Assembly: GCA_016181305.1 (NCBI GenBank)
Contig: JACOZN010000005.1
Coordinates: 1-64,000, forward strand
Source of the DNA: Candidatus Woesearchaeota archaeon
GTDB lineage: Archaea; Nanobdellota; Nanobdellia; Woesearchaeales; GW2011-AR4
Direction: 5' to 3'
Length of the DNA: 64,000 bases
In this document: piece by piece, positions 38,409-48,542 of the stretch
Layout of the letters: each line of letters opens with the position of its first letter
How positions within the stretch are numbered: the stretch's first letter is position 1
Position numbers and translations under genes: made by a program
Notes under the pieces: model-generated
What the model was told of the DNA's origin: nothing
What the model saw: the letters and a program-made list of their open reading frames with translations, nothing else
The model's database searches: none

Positions 38409-39116
38409 ATGAAAAATGCGCTGTACATGAATGACTCGTACATGAAAGAGTTCGAGGCTGTTGTTGAAAGCATCAAGGATGGCAAATACATAGTTCTTGA
38501 TAAGACTGCCTTTTACCCAAGCGGAGGCGGACAACCTAATGATACTGGAGTCATGGTGTGCAATAATGAAGAATACCCTGTTGTTTATGTAGGCAAGTTC
38601 TCTGGGGTTATAAGCCATGAGGTTGGCAAGACTGGCTTGAAAGAAGGCGACAAGGTTATTGGGAAGATCGACTGGGACAGAAGGTACAGGCTTATGAGAA
38701 TGCACACTGCTGCCCATATAATAGATGCTGTGCTTTACAATGGGGCAGGGGCTTTATGCACAGGCAACCAGCTTGGAACCGACAAGTCACGAATTGACTT
38801 TTCGCTTGATGTTCTGGACAGGGACAAAATCCAGCAATACGTTGACATATCCAATAGGTGGGTTAATAAGGCAATTGATGTGAAGATTTACTCTTTGCCA
38901 AGGGAAGAAGCTTTGAAAATCCCGGGCATTGTTAAGCTTGCAGGAGCAATGCCGCCTGAGGTTACAGAGCTCAGGATTGTCGAGATTCCGGGCATTGACA
39001 TACAGGCAGACGGCGGAACACAAGTCAAAAATACCTCTGAGATAGGGGAAATAAGCCTTGTGTCTGTTGAGAACAAGGGCAAGAATAACAGGAGGATGTA
39101 TTATACTATAAGCTAA
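38409..39116 (+). CDS. alaXM: Alanyl-tRNA editing protein AlaX-M
   Basis: T.FYPSGGGQPNDTG, MRMHTAAH, QADGGTQV. Confidence 0.93.
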   Translation: MKNALYMNDSYMKEFEAVVESIKDGKYIVLDKTAFYPSGGGQPNDTGVMVCNNEEYPVVYVGKFSGVISHEVGKTGLKEGDKVIGKIDWDRRYRLMRMHTAAHIIDAVLYNGAGALCTGNQLGTDKSRIDFSLDVLDRDKIQQYVDISNRWVNKAIDVKIYSLPREEALKIPGIVKLAGAMPPEVTELRIVEIPGIDIQADGGTQVKNTSEIGEISLVSVENKGKNNRRMYYTIS

Positions 39117-39201
39117 TTCTCTACATTCCAGTAGTGACAAAATAGAAAGATTTATAAAGAGAGAAATTTATTGGTTTTAGTGTTATTTGTGGGTGGGTTA
39201 A

Positions 39202-40164
39202 ATGCTGTCACGAAGAGAATTTTTGCGGACTGGAATAGGACTAGGATTAATGGCGAGCGGTATAGGGAGTTTGGAGAATATATTATCACCTTCCTATGCC
39301 CAAAGTAGAAGAATTACCTTTGAAGAAGCACGTGCTGATATAAATTTGAGGCAGGGGTACTTTGACCGACTTGTAAAAGAAGAATTTGGTGAAGAAGCTT
39401 CCAGTTTTGTAGACGGGTTTGTTTATGACCACAGTACTAACCTTGCCAGAAATTACGAAGCTCAAACCCGCTTCGAGTCGACTGAGAAAATGATTATTAA
39501 TAAATTAGTGGAAAAAAGCTTACCGAAAGTATTAAATGACCATCGGTTCAGAGATTCAGATAAATCTCAACTTAAAAAGCAATTGGAAGCTGAGGTAAGA
39601 GAGATATTTAGATCTAGTCCAGCATATTCTCGCCTTAAGGAAAGGGCGTACCAAGAATCAAAAAATGCTGAGGAATTTGAGCAAGGAAAAGCTATAACAT
39701 TACCGACTTCTTACCTTGAAAAAAGACCCAAATCAAGAATTTTTGTTTTCAAGCCGATGTTTGAAGATACTGTTACAATTCTTGGAAAATATCCTGCTAC
39801 AGAAGAAGGTTTTAAAAGTAATTTACGACATGAATATAGGCATGCAAAGCAGAAAATAATTGGGATTAAGCTAAGTAATGGTGTCCATCTAATTCCAGAA
39901 TACTTGTCAAGACTTAATCCTAAGATAAGAAAGTTTGCACGCGAAACTGAGGCGTATATACAAGAAGTTGATAACACCCTAAAACTTGGAACAAGTCATC
40001 CCGCGTACAATGAAGCAGTTGCAGTTTTTAAGCAACATTTATTTAAATCTGCCATTGACCCGAGGCAGTATGGTTCAGAAGAAAGAAAAGTAATTGGATA
40101 CATGAATGACGAAATTAGTAGAGCCATGACTAGGCACATATCAGTAAAGCCTTTTACGTTTTAA
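39202..40164 (+). CDS. Protein with twin-arginine signal and HEXXH motif (putative zincin)
   Basis: SRREFL + hydrophobic + AQ; LRHEYRHAKQ...E.EAY. Confidence 0.65.
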   Translation: MLSRREFLRTGIGLGLMASGIGSLENILSPSYAQSRRITFEEARADINLRQGYFDRLVKEEFGEEASSFVDGFVYDHSTNLARNYEAQTRFESTEKMIINKLVEKSLPKVLNDHRFRDSDKSQLKKQLEAEVREIFRSSPAYSRLKERAYQESKNAEEFEQGKAITLPTSYLEKRPKSRIFVFKPMFEDTVTILGKYPATEEGFKSNLRHEYRHAKQKIIGIKLSNGVHLIPEYLSRLNPKIRKFARETEAYIQEVDNTLKLGTSHPAYNEAVAVFKQHLFKSAIDPRQYGSEERKVIGYMNDEISRAMTRHISVKPFTF

Positions 40165-40180
40165 ATAAATTCTCTTCAAA

Positions 40181-41176
40181 ATGCTAAACCAATCAATCCA
40201 AATCTTGAGGACAATGCAGTATCCAACCGGGCTTTTTGCAGCCAGCAGGATGACTGCCAAGACCGGCTACAACCTTGCATGGATAAGGGACAATGTTTAC
40301 GCTGCAATCGGCTTGGAAGCTGCGCAGAAATACAATATCGCGAGGAAAACTTTGAGGGCTTTGCTGGACATACTTCTGAAGCACGAATACAAGATAGACT
40401 GGGCTATAAAGGAAAAGCCAAAGCACCACTACCAGTACATTCATGCAAGATATGACCCAATCACAATGGAAGAGGTATACGAGCAGTGGGGCAACAAGCA
40501 GAATGATGCAATCGGAGCTTTATTGTTCAAGATAGGTGATTTGGAGGAAAAAGGCATTAAAATAATAAGAAATGAAAATGACTTGAGAATCCTGCAAAAG
40601 CTTGTTTACTATTTGCAAAGCATTGAATACTGGCATGACAGGGACAACGGAATGTGGGAGGAGAATGAGGAATTGCATGCCTCTTCAATCGGAGCATGTG
40701 TGGCTGGACTTAAGAAGATAAGCAAGATTGTTAATGTTCCAAAAGATTTGATAAAGCAAGGAGAAGATGCGCTAAACAATTTACTTCCAAGAGAGTCTGA
40801 AACAAAAGAAGCGGACATGGCTTTGCTGTCATTAATCTATCCTTACAATATTGCATCAAGAAAGCAAAGAGATTCTATTTTAAAGAACATAGAGGGAAAG
40901 CTAGTTAAGGAAAAAGGAGTTATGAGGTATATAGGCGACAAATACCATTACAGAAATGGAGAAGCGCAATGGACAAAAGGATTGCCGTGGCTTGCAATAA
41001 TCTACAGGCAGATGAACAAGCCAGACAAGTATGCTTTTTACATGAGAAAAACGATGGAAGCCATGAATGAGAAAGGCGAACTGCCTGAGCTTTACTATGC
41101 TGACGGCAATGGCTATAATGAAAACTGCCCATTGGCTTGGAGCCAGGCGCTGTTTGTGGCGGGGCTGGGGGGATGA
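40181..41176 (+). CDS. Glycoside hydrolase family 15 (glucoamylase/phosphorylase-kinase-like)
   Basis: GY...WIRD.VY, Q.DA.G, D.GMWEE, LHASSIG, LPELY, PLAWSQA. Confidence 0.88.
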   Translation: MLNQSIQILRTMQYPTGLFAASRMTAKTGYNLAWIRDNVYAAIGLEAAQKYNIARKTLRALLDILLKHEYKIDWAIKEKPKHHYQYIHARYDPITMEEVYEQWGNKQNDAIGALLFKIGDLEEKGIKIIRNENDLRILQKLVYYLQSIEYWHDRDNGMWEENEELHASSIGACVAGLKKISKIVNVPKDLIKQGEDALNNLLPRESETKEADMALLSLIYPYNIASRKQRDSILKNIEGKLVKEKGVMRYIGDKYHYRNGEAQWTKGLPWLAIIYRQMNKPDKYAFYMRKTMEAMNEKGELPELYYADGNGYNENCPLAWSQALFVAGLGG

Positions 41177-41817
41177 ATATGAAAAATTTGGAAGAAAGGG
41201 TGGATTTCAGAGAAGCAAATGAAGAAGAAGTAGAATTTGCAACACAACATTCAAAAGTCTCAAAACGTTTAAAGCACAACGGATACAGGCTATTTCTTGG
41301 CGAAAAGATTGGTGAACATAGAACTTATGTCTGGCTCGATGACAAGACTGATACAAGTTTTTTAGATTATGGAAGAAGTTTAGTGGATATCCCGGCAAAT
41401 TTATTGACCAGAGTTAAACCATACTTATCTTTAGAATCTCACGAACAATTACAAGAATCTGGACCACTTTTGAATGATTTGGGCACACTAAGTACACATT
41501 TAAACAAGAACATAGTTCTGTATTTTAGGGCACATTCGGCTAAAGGTAAAGATAATGAAACTTTGCAAATCCCAAGAATAGATGAAAGTGGCTCTACTTT
41601 AGAATTCCAAAACAAGGATATTCTAAATGATTTTTTCCAATTGAAAACACAAGTGAGCAGGTGGTGCTTGATGTTGAAATTTAATGCTTACCTAACGACA
41701 CCATCAGAGTTACCAAAAGCTGCTGGCGAAATGCTTGAAGTTTACGACGAAATTGCTAAGAGGTATAATGGTGATTTAAAACAAATAGCCCAACTTAAAT
41801 TTCCATCAAGAGCTTAA
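41173..41817 (+). CDS. Hypothetical protein (AT-rich)
   Basis: ATGA overlap with GH15; 214 aa. Confidence 0.65.
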   Translation: MNMKNLEERVDFREANEEEVEFATQHSKVSKRLKHNGYRLFLGEKIGEHRTYVWLDDKTDTSFLDYGRSLVDIPANLLTRVKPYLSLESHEQLQESGPLLNDLGTLSTHLNKNIVLYFRAHSAKGKDNETLQIPRIDESGSTLEFQNKDILNDFFQLKTQVSRWCLMLKFNAYLTTPSELPKAAGEMLEVYDEIAKRYNGDLKQIAQLKFPSRA

Positions 41818-41893
41818 AATGCATAATCCAGGACAATCATTGGAAAAATTGTCAAGAAGGGAATTTTTGGAATTTATTTAATCGGAATATTCA

Positions 41894-43108
41894 ATGACAA
41901 CAAAAAAGCAACGCAGAAGAATTAAAGAACTTGCAAAATCTAATCTTACCACTATAAAAATAGCCGAAAAATTAGGAGTAAAAAAAAAGGAAGTTGAGGA
42001 AGTACTGCAAATACCAAAAAGCAGTAGGCTAAAAACTAAAACCCTTGTTATATTAGGTGCAGGATTAATTGCGACTGCTGGAGTAGCGTATCACTTTTTA
42101 GGGGGCTACCATAAGCGTAATGAGCTAGTTTCTTACCCGACTCAAGTTCAATATAATATAGTTATCAAAATTCCTGACTTGATTCAAAAATTTGAGGCAA
42201 TGCCTCTAGCAGAGCAAAGCGGGATTCTTTCCAGTTTAGAGCAGTTTACGCTTCAGACTAGGGCAGGAAAGCGTGCACAATACATTAATGATGCAATCAA
42301 AGTTAAGGAAAGTTTAGATACATCTTTGTCACTAAATGTACTTGTTTATAGCTATCCCCACAATGTTATTTATTCAAACAATATTCCAAATAGTTACTAT
42401 TTGGACGCATTTATTCGTGGCAGTCCATTGATATTCCTTAAAGCCCATGAAAGACTGCATTTTATACAGGATACCTCATCTAAATGGGATATGCTAGAAA
42501 CCCTCCTCATAAGCAATACGCCCGATAAGATTTCTCCTACATCCTTTAATAAAAAACAATCTTCAATAAAAGATGACGATATTCTGGATTTTATTAGAAA
42601 AGAGCAGAATAACCCAACCATTTCATCCGAAGAAGCGACAAAATTACTATTAGAACTTATTAAAACTTATGAATCTGCAAAACCTGAGATATGGTTGATA
42701 AGGGAAGTCCAAGCTAATCTTGCTCTTGGAGTATATACCAGCAAAGAGCTTTATGAAAAACTTCAAACAAAAGAAATCAAAAAAGCTTCAGGGGAGGTAG
42801 ACATAACTAGAATAGGGCTACAAAAATTTGAGCAGGTATTCAGAAGCACGCTTGAACTATTGGCAATTTATGACGACCCCATAGAATCTGCAAAGTTTGT
42901 TGGTAAATATGGAAATTCCGTTGCTGAATATGTGGCAAAAGTTGAAGAGCTTAAAATAGAAAAGGGTGTTAAAGATGCACTTCAAATTGGATTAAGAAGG
43001 CAAAATCTTATACAACAGGATACAAATTTGATTCGAAAACATTCAATAAATTATGTGGTCCAAAAATACTTAAAATCTACCCAAACACCCCCTCAACCAT
43101 CTCAATAA
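41894..43108 (+). CDS. HTH + TM + HEXXH hypothetical protein
   Basis: TTIKIAEKLGVKKKEV HTH-like segment, TM helix, KAHERLHF and downstream REVQA. Confidence 0.6.
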   Translation: MTTKKQRRRIKELAKSNLTTIKIAEKLGVKKKEVEEVLQIPKSSRLKTKTLVILGAGLIATAGVAYHFLGGYHKRNELVSYPTQVQYNIVIKIPDLIQKFEAMPLAEQSGILSSLEQFTLQTRAGKRAQYINDAIKVKESLDTSLSLNVLVYSYPHNVIYSNNIPNSYYLDAFIRGSPLIFLKAHERLHFIQDTSSKWDMLETLLISNTPDKISPTSFNKKQSSIKDDDILDFIRKEQNNPTISSEEATKLLLELIKTYESAKPEIWLIREVQANLALGVYTSKELYEKLQTKEIKKASGEVDITRIGLQKFEQVFRSTLELLAIYDDPIESAKFVGKYGNSVAEYVAKVEELKIEKGVKDALQIGLRRQNLIQQDTNLIRKHSINYVVQKYLKSTQTPPQPSQ

Positions 43109-45053
43109 ACACCGCATTGCTCCACGCCTGGTTAAAGCATCCTTTGCTTGTCAATTCCTTTGCAGAGCTTAATTCAGAATGGCAGCCGATGCAGCCTTTC
43201 CAGAGGATTTCCTCGGTGCTTGCCTCAATTATTTTTTTTATGTATTTTTGAAATTTATTTTTGTTGATTCTGCTCATTGTCAATGCTGCCAGATTATTTA
43301 CCCAAAACCATGAATCACCGCGATGATAACTTTTTATGTTTTCGCCTGTGCTTTCATTGGTGAACAATGGGTTGCTTTTGTCTATTGTTGCCAATCCGCC
43401 CCAGTCAAGCCAAAGGGCTTTTAGCGCATTATCAAAGCAGGTTTCCCATTCCTTATTGCTTAATAATTCCTGATAAATGTAAGATGCAATGAAGATATTC
43501 GGCCTTATTGTAAAATCATTCAATCCGTCTGCTAGGATTTTCCCGTCCCAGAATCTTTGCCTTGCCTTATTTTTTAAAAGGTTTTCAAGTATTTTATATT
43601 TATTGTTCTGTGTTAATTCAAACATCAGCCCGTACATATTTAATCTCAATGCCTGTATTTCAATCCTGATTCCGTTTCTGACGTCATCTTCAAATTCCGT
43701 ATCCATCCATGTTTCCTGCTTTTCATTCACCTCAAAATTGTCTTTTGTATGATGTTTCAACAAGCCATTGAGCGATTTTTCAAGCGAATTTTCAATTTCA
43801 TAGATTAAATGATGGCATTCATTCTCTTTTTTTCTTATAATTAAAGCACAATTTTTCAGATACTCTTTTATTCTCGGGGAATTATGGCTTCTGTTCTCTT
43901 TAATTGCTTTGATTGAGCCTTTTATCGAGTTTATTGTCTGCTTGTTCCTATTTATGCTGTCAACAATCTCCCTGCATCTTAAAAACAGCCATCCATGGGC
44001 GTCTGCACTACCTAATTTTTTTAAGCCGTGCTGCCCGATTAAATTCGGAAGTCTTCCATCATTATTTATGTGGTTTAGATGCTTGAAGAGCATTTTTTTT
44101 CCAAGCTGCCTGTTAAACTTATTTATCGATTTAAATGCCACCAAAGAGTCCCTTGCCCAGAACTGGAAGAACCACGGCAATCCCGCAAATACGCCGTAAT
44201 TATTTTTGTCTTCAACAATTAAATTGTTAAGGGAATTGATAGCGTTTGCATATGCAACTTTTATCTCATTGCTTATCGTTTTATTTGAGATTATTTTTTT
44301 AACTGCATCATTGTTTAAAATACTGAAAAAACTCTCTTTTTCCATTTTTTTTATTCCTTCTATATTATTAAAAATATAATTGCATTCATTTGCTGCCTCA
44401 TTCTTGTTTTTTGAAACTGAAAATAAAAATTTCGAGCCTTTCAGCTTTAGCGCATTGTAAACATGTCTTCTGAATGGCGGAGAGCTTCTTTCCTCATCTG
44501 TTGAGTAATGCCTTTCAATCCATCGGTTGTTTTTTTCATAAAAATTATTGTTGCTTTTAATCGCCAGATATAATTCGAATTCCTCCTTTCCGTCGCTAGA
44601 GTCTTCTCTCTTGTCTGTCTTTTTTGTGAATTTTACAATTATGCAGCCGTTTTCCTCAGAAATTTCATAGTGCCTGCCCCATTCCCTGTTGTCATAAGAT
44701 TTCTTGCAGTCAAGAATCAAATCTATTTCGCTGTTATCGCTTAGCTCGTAGATTAATGAATTCTGTCCTTTAGGCATAACAAAGGATTCAACAACGCTGT
44801 TTTTTACCCTCTCAGCAAAATGGAAATTATTTTTTAAGATGGAAACATCATTATGACCTAAAATCTCTATGTTTTCTATGAGCCTGTACATCTCCATTTC
44901 CTTTTCGTCGAAATAGAACAAGCCATGGTATCTGGAAGGTGGAGAATTGAAAAAGCTGCAATAGCCTCCTTTTTTGTTTGCCAGCAAAAAGCCTGTATCC
45001 TCATCAACCCTTTTTTTTATGCTTAGTGCTCCCAAGTTATGGACTATTTCCAT
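43077..45053 (-). CDS. Amylo-alpha-1,6-glucosidase (glycogen debranching enzyme)
   Basis: AGLPWFFQFWARDSL, TWMD, IEIQAL, RPNIF, YHRGDSWFW, QAWS. Confidence 0.9.
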   Translation of the reverse strand: MEIVHNLGALSIKKRVDEDTGFLLANKKGGYCSFFNSPPSRYHGLFYFDEKEMEMYRLIENIEILGHNDVSILKNNFHFAERVKNSVVESFVMPKGQNSLIYELSDNSEIDLILDCKKSYDNREWGRHYEISEENGCIIVKFTKKTDKREDSSDGKEEFELYLAIKSNNNFYEKNNRWIERHYSTDEERSSPPFRRHVYNALKLKGSKFLFSVSKNKNEAANECNYIFNNIEGIKKMEKESFFSILNNDAVKKIISNKTISNEIKVAYANAINSLNNLIVEDKNNYGVFAGLPWFFQFWARDSLVAFKSINKFNRQLGKKMLFKHLNHINNDGRLPNLIGQHGLKKLGSADAHGWLFLRCREIVDSINRNKQTINSIKGSIKAIKENRSHNSPRIKEYLKNCALIIRKKENECHHLIYEIENSLEKSLNGLLKHHTKDNFEVNEKQETWMDTEFEDDVRNGIRIEIQALRLNMYGLMFELTQNNKYKILENLLKNKARQRFWDGKILADGLNDFTIRPNIFIASYIYQELLSNKEWETCFDNALKALWLDWGGLATIDKSNPLFTNESTGENIKSYHRGDSWFWVNNLAALTMSRINKNKFQKYIKKIIEASTEEILWKGCIGCHSELSSAKELTSKGCFNQAWSNAVFIEMVEGVFG

Positions 45054-45081
45054 ACCACCCTCAGCTATTTATACGCTTTTT

Positions 45082-46815
45082 CTACAGCCATATCCAGTCA
45101 GCCATCGACGCTGTTTTTCTCGCCTGAAGCTTGTTCGCAACTCTTTCCTCTTTGGGCATGTTTGCGAAACTGAACATTACATCAACAAGCTGGCTGACAA
45201 CATCTTCATCGCTCTTGTTGAGCCTTTTCAGTACAAAAATTCCCGGCGTTTCGGTCTGAGCGCATTCTGAGCAAAAAAACCTCCCAAATCCGGCCAAGTC
45301 AGTTGTGACAGAAGAGACTCCCAGGGCGCCTGCCTCCAACGGAGTGTAGCCCCACGGCTCGTAATAGCTCGGGAAAACGCCAAGATGCGAGCCCTGCATA
45401 GCCTCATAATAATTAAGGTTAAGGAGGCCGTCTGCCCCGCTGAGGTATATCGGATAGTAGACAATCTTGACATTATCCTGCTCGTCATTGTTCATGTTGG
45501 CAGAGATTATTGTCCTCAGTATTGTGTCATTCTCGTCATACAAGTCATGCGTCAGCAGAGGGGGCTTGCCTTTCCTGACAAACTTTGCAATCCTGATTTT
45601 CATCTCCGTGAGGAAGTCGTCTTCAAAAAGGCTTTCTTTCGCCGCTTTCCTGCCTGAAACAAACGAGTAAATTATGTTTTTCTCGACATCGCCCAGCACT
45701 TCCTCGAGCGCATCCTTTACATCCTGATAAAGGGTTTTGTTCTCCAGCAGCTCGGGCCTTATGTTCCTGAAATTGGCAGGCACCCAGATGAATGCAACAA
45801 TTGTCTTTTTGCTCTTTGCCTGCTTCAGCTTTTCGTTCAGCCTGCCAAGAGCCTTTATGAATATGTCTATTCCCTTGTCATGGAATTCGTACCTGCCTGC
45901 GATGAAATAAATCAAGGTTTCCTTCAGGTCAAAAGTATGATACGGGAAAAAGTAGTAGAGCATGAATTCCCTTATCCTGTCGCGCTGCAGCCTGTGCTTA
46001 ATCACAAGCTCCTCAAATGTGGGAAACTTGCTTATATCAAGTCCATTGGGCAGCAGGACATCGGGCTTTTTCTTAAGCAAATACTCTGCCTCCATTCCTG
46101 TTATCTCGCTTACAGTCGTGAAAACATCTGCAAATGCAGCAGAATTCTTCTCAACAAGGTGCTTTGCCTCTATGTTGTATTTGTACACCTCATTGTCGGG
46201 ATTTATTTTATTCCACACATTATATAGGTCTATGTTGGAGCTTGCCAAGGTTCTTCCCAGCACAGTAGCGTGGGTTGTAAAGACAGCTGCAATTTTCACA
46301 TTTTTCTTCTTTAGGTAGAGCAACCCAACTCCCGAGAGCCATTCGTGGAAATGCGCAACAATCTTTTTGTTTTGGCTGCAGCCTGCCAGTTTCTCGAGCA
46401 GCATTCCCGCGCAATACGCCCATGCAACAGGCTCGTCATAGTCATCCTGCGCCCTTAATGAGTCAATCCTGTACCAGTCCCAAATCTCCCGCTTTATCCC
46501 GTTGGCTTTATGCCTGTAGTTCACAAAGTCTATCAGGATTGCATAAGGCATTCCTTCAATGAGCCATTTTCCGAAATGGCAGATGATGCCTTCTTTTTTC
46601 AGCTCCTCAAAAGGCAGCTTGCATATTTCACTTGGCACTTCCTCCTGAAACTCTCCCAATGCCTTTGATGCAAAATAAGGGCCTATCAGAAAGTAGCTGC
46701 TGCCGTAAGCCTCGGACATTCTTGCAGCCTTTGACTTCACAACAGTGTAGATGCCGCCTACCTTGTTGCACACCTCCCACGAAACCTCAAACAAAATATC
46801 GGCTTTTTTTTCCAT
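45082..46815 (-). CDS. Glycogen synthase, GT3 family (C-terminus apparently altered by a small deletion)
   Basis: FEVSWEVCNKVGGIYTV, HEW..G, FTTHAT.LGR, GRYEF..KG, GVFPSYYEPWGYTPLE. Confidence 0.93.
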   Translation of the reverse strand: MEKKADILFEVSWEVCNKVGGIYTVVKSKAARMSEAYGSSYFLIGPYFASKALGEFQEEVPSEICKLPFEELKKEGIICHFGKWLIEGMPYAILIDFVNYRHKANGIKREIWDWYRIDSLRAQDDYDEPVAWAYCAGMLLEKLAGCSQNKKIVAHFHEWLSGVGLLYLKKKNVKIAAVFTTHATVLGRTLASSNIDLYNVWNKINPDNEVYKYNIEAKHLVEKNSAAFADVFTTVSEITGMEAEYLLKKKPDVLLPNGLDISKFPTFEELVIKHRLQRDRIREFMLYYFFPYHTFDLKETLIYFIAGRYEFHDKGIDIFIKALGRLNEKLKQAKSKKTIVAFIWVPANFRNIRPELLENKTLYQDVKDALEEVLGDVEKNIIYSFVSGRKAAKESLFEDDFLTEMKIRIAKFVRKGKPPLLTHDLYDENDTILRTIISANMNNDEQDNVKIVYYPIYLSGADGLLNLNYYEAMQGSHLGVFPSYYEPWGYTPLEAGALGVSSVTTDLAGFGRFFCSECAQTETPGIFVLKRLNKSDEDVVSQLVDVMFSFANMPKEERVANKLQARKTASMADWIWL

Positions 46816-46971
46816 TTTGTATAGTTGTATCTACATTAATCAATTACTTGCCCTTTGATTTATAAATCTTTAACACTACTTAAGAGGAAGGATGCAAGTC
46901 CAAGCAATAACTTTTTATAGTAGATACTTCTGATTATAATAGGCATAACATAATCATATTATAGTAAAAGG

Positions 46972-47289
46972 GTGGTACTTATTAGCGATGTGTTTATCCA
47001 AAAGAGGAGATTTACAGACTTACGGAGCTCTATTCTTCTGTGCCTTGCATCAGGGCAGAAAACCATAAACCAGATTTCGAATGAAACTCAGATTAACTGG
47101 AAGACTGTTGAAAGGCATCTTGTCCATTTAATCGGCAAAGGATGGGCTCGGGAAGTTTTTAGTTCTGCATACGTAAGAGTGTTTGAGCTGACTGCATTCG
47201 GCAAGGATTACCTGAGAAAAAATGTGTCCAAAAACGTGCAGATATCAGACTATAAAATAATTAAAATCAACGGCGAGGATGCATCATGA
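46972..47289 (+). CDS. Winged-helix (ArsR-like) regulator
   Basis: KTINQISNETQINWKTVERHLVHL; GTG start; overlaps the GT4 start. Confidence 0.75.
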   Translation: MVLISDVFIQKRRFTDLRSSILLCLASGQKTINQISNETQINWKTVERHLVHLIGKGWAREVFSSAYVRVFELTAFGKDYLRKNVSKNVQISDYKIIKINGEDAS

Positions 47290-48479
47290 AAGTTTTGATG
47301 TTCGGCTGGGAATTCCCGCCTTTGAGTAGCGGCGGGCTTGGAACTGCATGCTATGGCTTGACCAAGAGCCTCAGCAAAAAAGGCGTAGAAATAACCTTTG
47401 TGCTACCGTACTCGGGCGACATTGACGCCGATTTCCTCAAAATAATCCCTGCAGGAAATGTAAAGATAAGGAAGATATCCACATTTTTGCAGCCTTACAT
47501 GAGCTCGCAGGAGTATAAAAAATCACTGGGCAAAAAGCCGCAGCCAAAAATTTACGGCTCAACCCTGTTCGAGGAGGTTGCAAGGTACACGCTTGCAGCC
47601 GAGAAAATTGCCGAGGAAGAGGACTTTGACATTATACACTGCCATGACTGGATGACTTTCGGAGCAGGGATAAAGGCGAAAAAGAAGAAAAACAAGCCTT
47701 TGGTGCTGCATGTGCATGCAACAGAGCACGACAGGACAGGCGGGCATGCAGTCAACCAGCATGTTTATGACATTGAAAGGCACGGAATGCACAAGGCTGA
47801 CAAGGTTATTGCAGTAAGCAACTTCACAAAAACAAAGATTATGGACCATTATGGACTGCCGCCTGAAAAGATAAGGGTTGTGCACAATGCAGTCGACTTC
47901 TCGCAGCATTATTATAACGAGGATTTCGGGATTAAAAAGACTGACAGGATTGTGCTGTTTTTGGGCAGGATAACCCTGCAGAAAGGGCCTGATTATTTTG
48001 TGCATGCGGCAAAAAAGGTTTTGGGGCATGAGAAGAATGTCAAATTTGTGATTGCAGGCTCAGGCGACATGGAGCCTTTCATCATCGAGAAGGCGGCAGA
48101 GCTCGGCATTGCAGACAAAGTGCTTTTTGCAGGATTCCTCAACCAGGATGATGTGGAGAGGGCTTACAAGATGGCAGACATTTATGTCATGCCTTCTGTG
48201 TCCGAGCCTTTTGGGATAACGGCCTTGGAAGCAATGAAGTACAAGACTCCGTCAATAGTCTCAAAGCAGAGCGGGGTGTCGGAGGTTGTGAGGCACTGCC
48301 TCAAGGTTGACTTCTGGGACGTTGACGAGATGAGCAGCAAGATAATCGCGCTTTTGAGGTACAAGCCGCTGCACGAGACTTTGAAGGAGGACGGCTACTT
48401 CGAGGTAAAAAGGTTCAGCTGGGACACTCCAGCGGAAAAATGCATTCAGGTTTACAATGAGCTGATTAGCAAAGGTTAA
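47286..48479 (+). CDS. Glycosyltransferase family 4 (glycogen-cluster type)
   Basis: GWEFPP..SGGLG, HCHDW, YVMPSVSEPFG. Confidence 0.93.
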   Translation: MKVLMFGWEFPPLSSGGLGTACYGLTKSLSKKGVEITFVLPYSGDIDADFLKIIPAGNVKIRKISTFLQPYMSSQEYKKSLGKKPQPKIYGSTLFEEVARYTLAAEKIAEEEDFDIIHCHDWMTFGAGIKAKKKKNKPLVLHVHATEHDRTGGHAVNQHVYDIERHGMHKADKVIAVSNFTKTKIMDHYGLPPEKIRVVHNAVDFSQHYYNEDFGIKKTDRIVLFLGRITLQKGPDYFVHAAKKVLGHEKNVKFVIAGSGDMEPFIIEKAAELGIADKVLFAGFLNQDDVERAYKMADIYVMPSVSEPFGITALEAMKYKTPSIVSKQSGVSEVVRHCLKVDFWDVDEMSSKIIALLRYKPLHETLKEDGYFEVKRFSWDTPAEKCIQVYNELISKG

Positions 48480-48542
48480 ATATAAGACTAGATTGATTGG
48501 TTGAACTCAATAATAAATAATACAATAAAAACATCAACAAAA

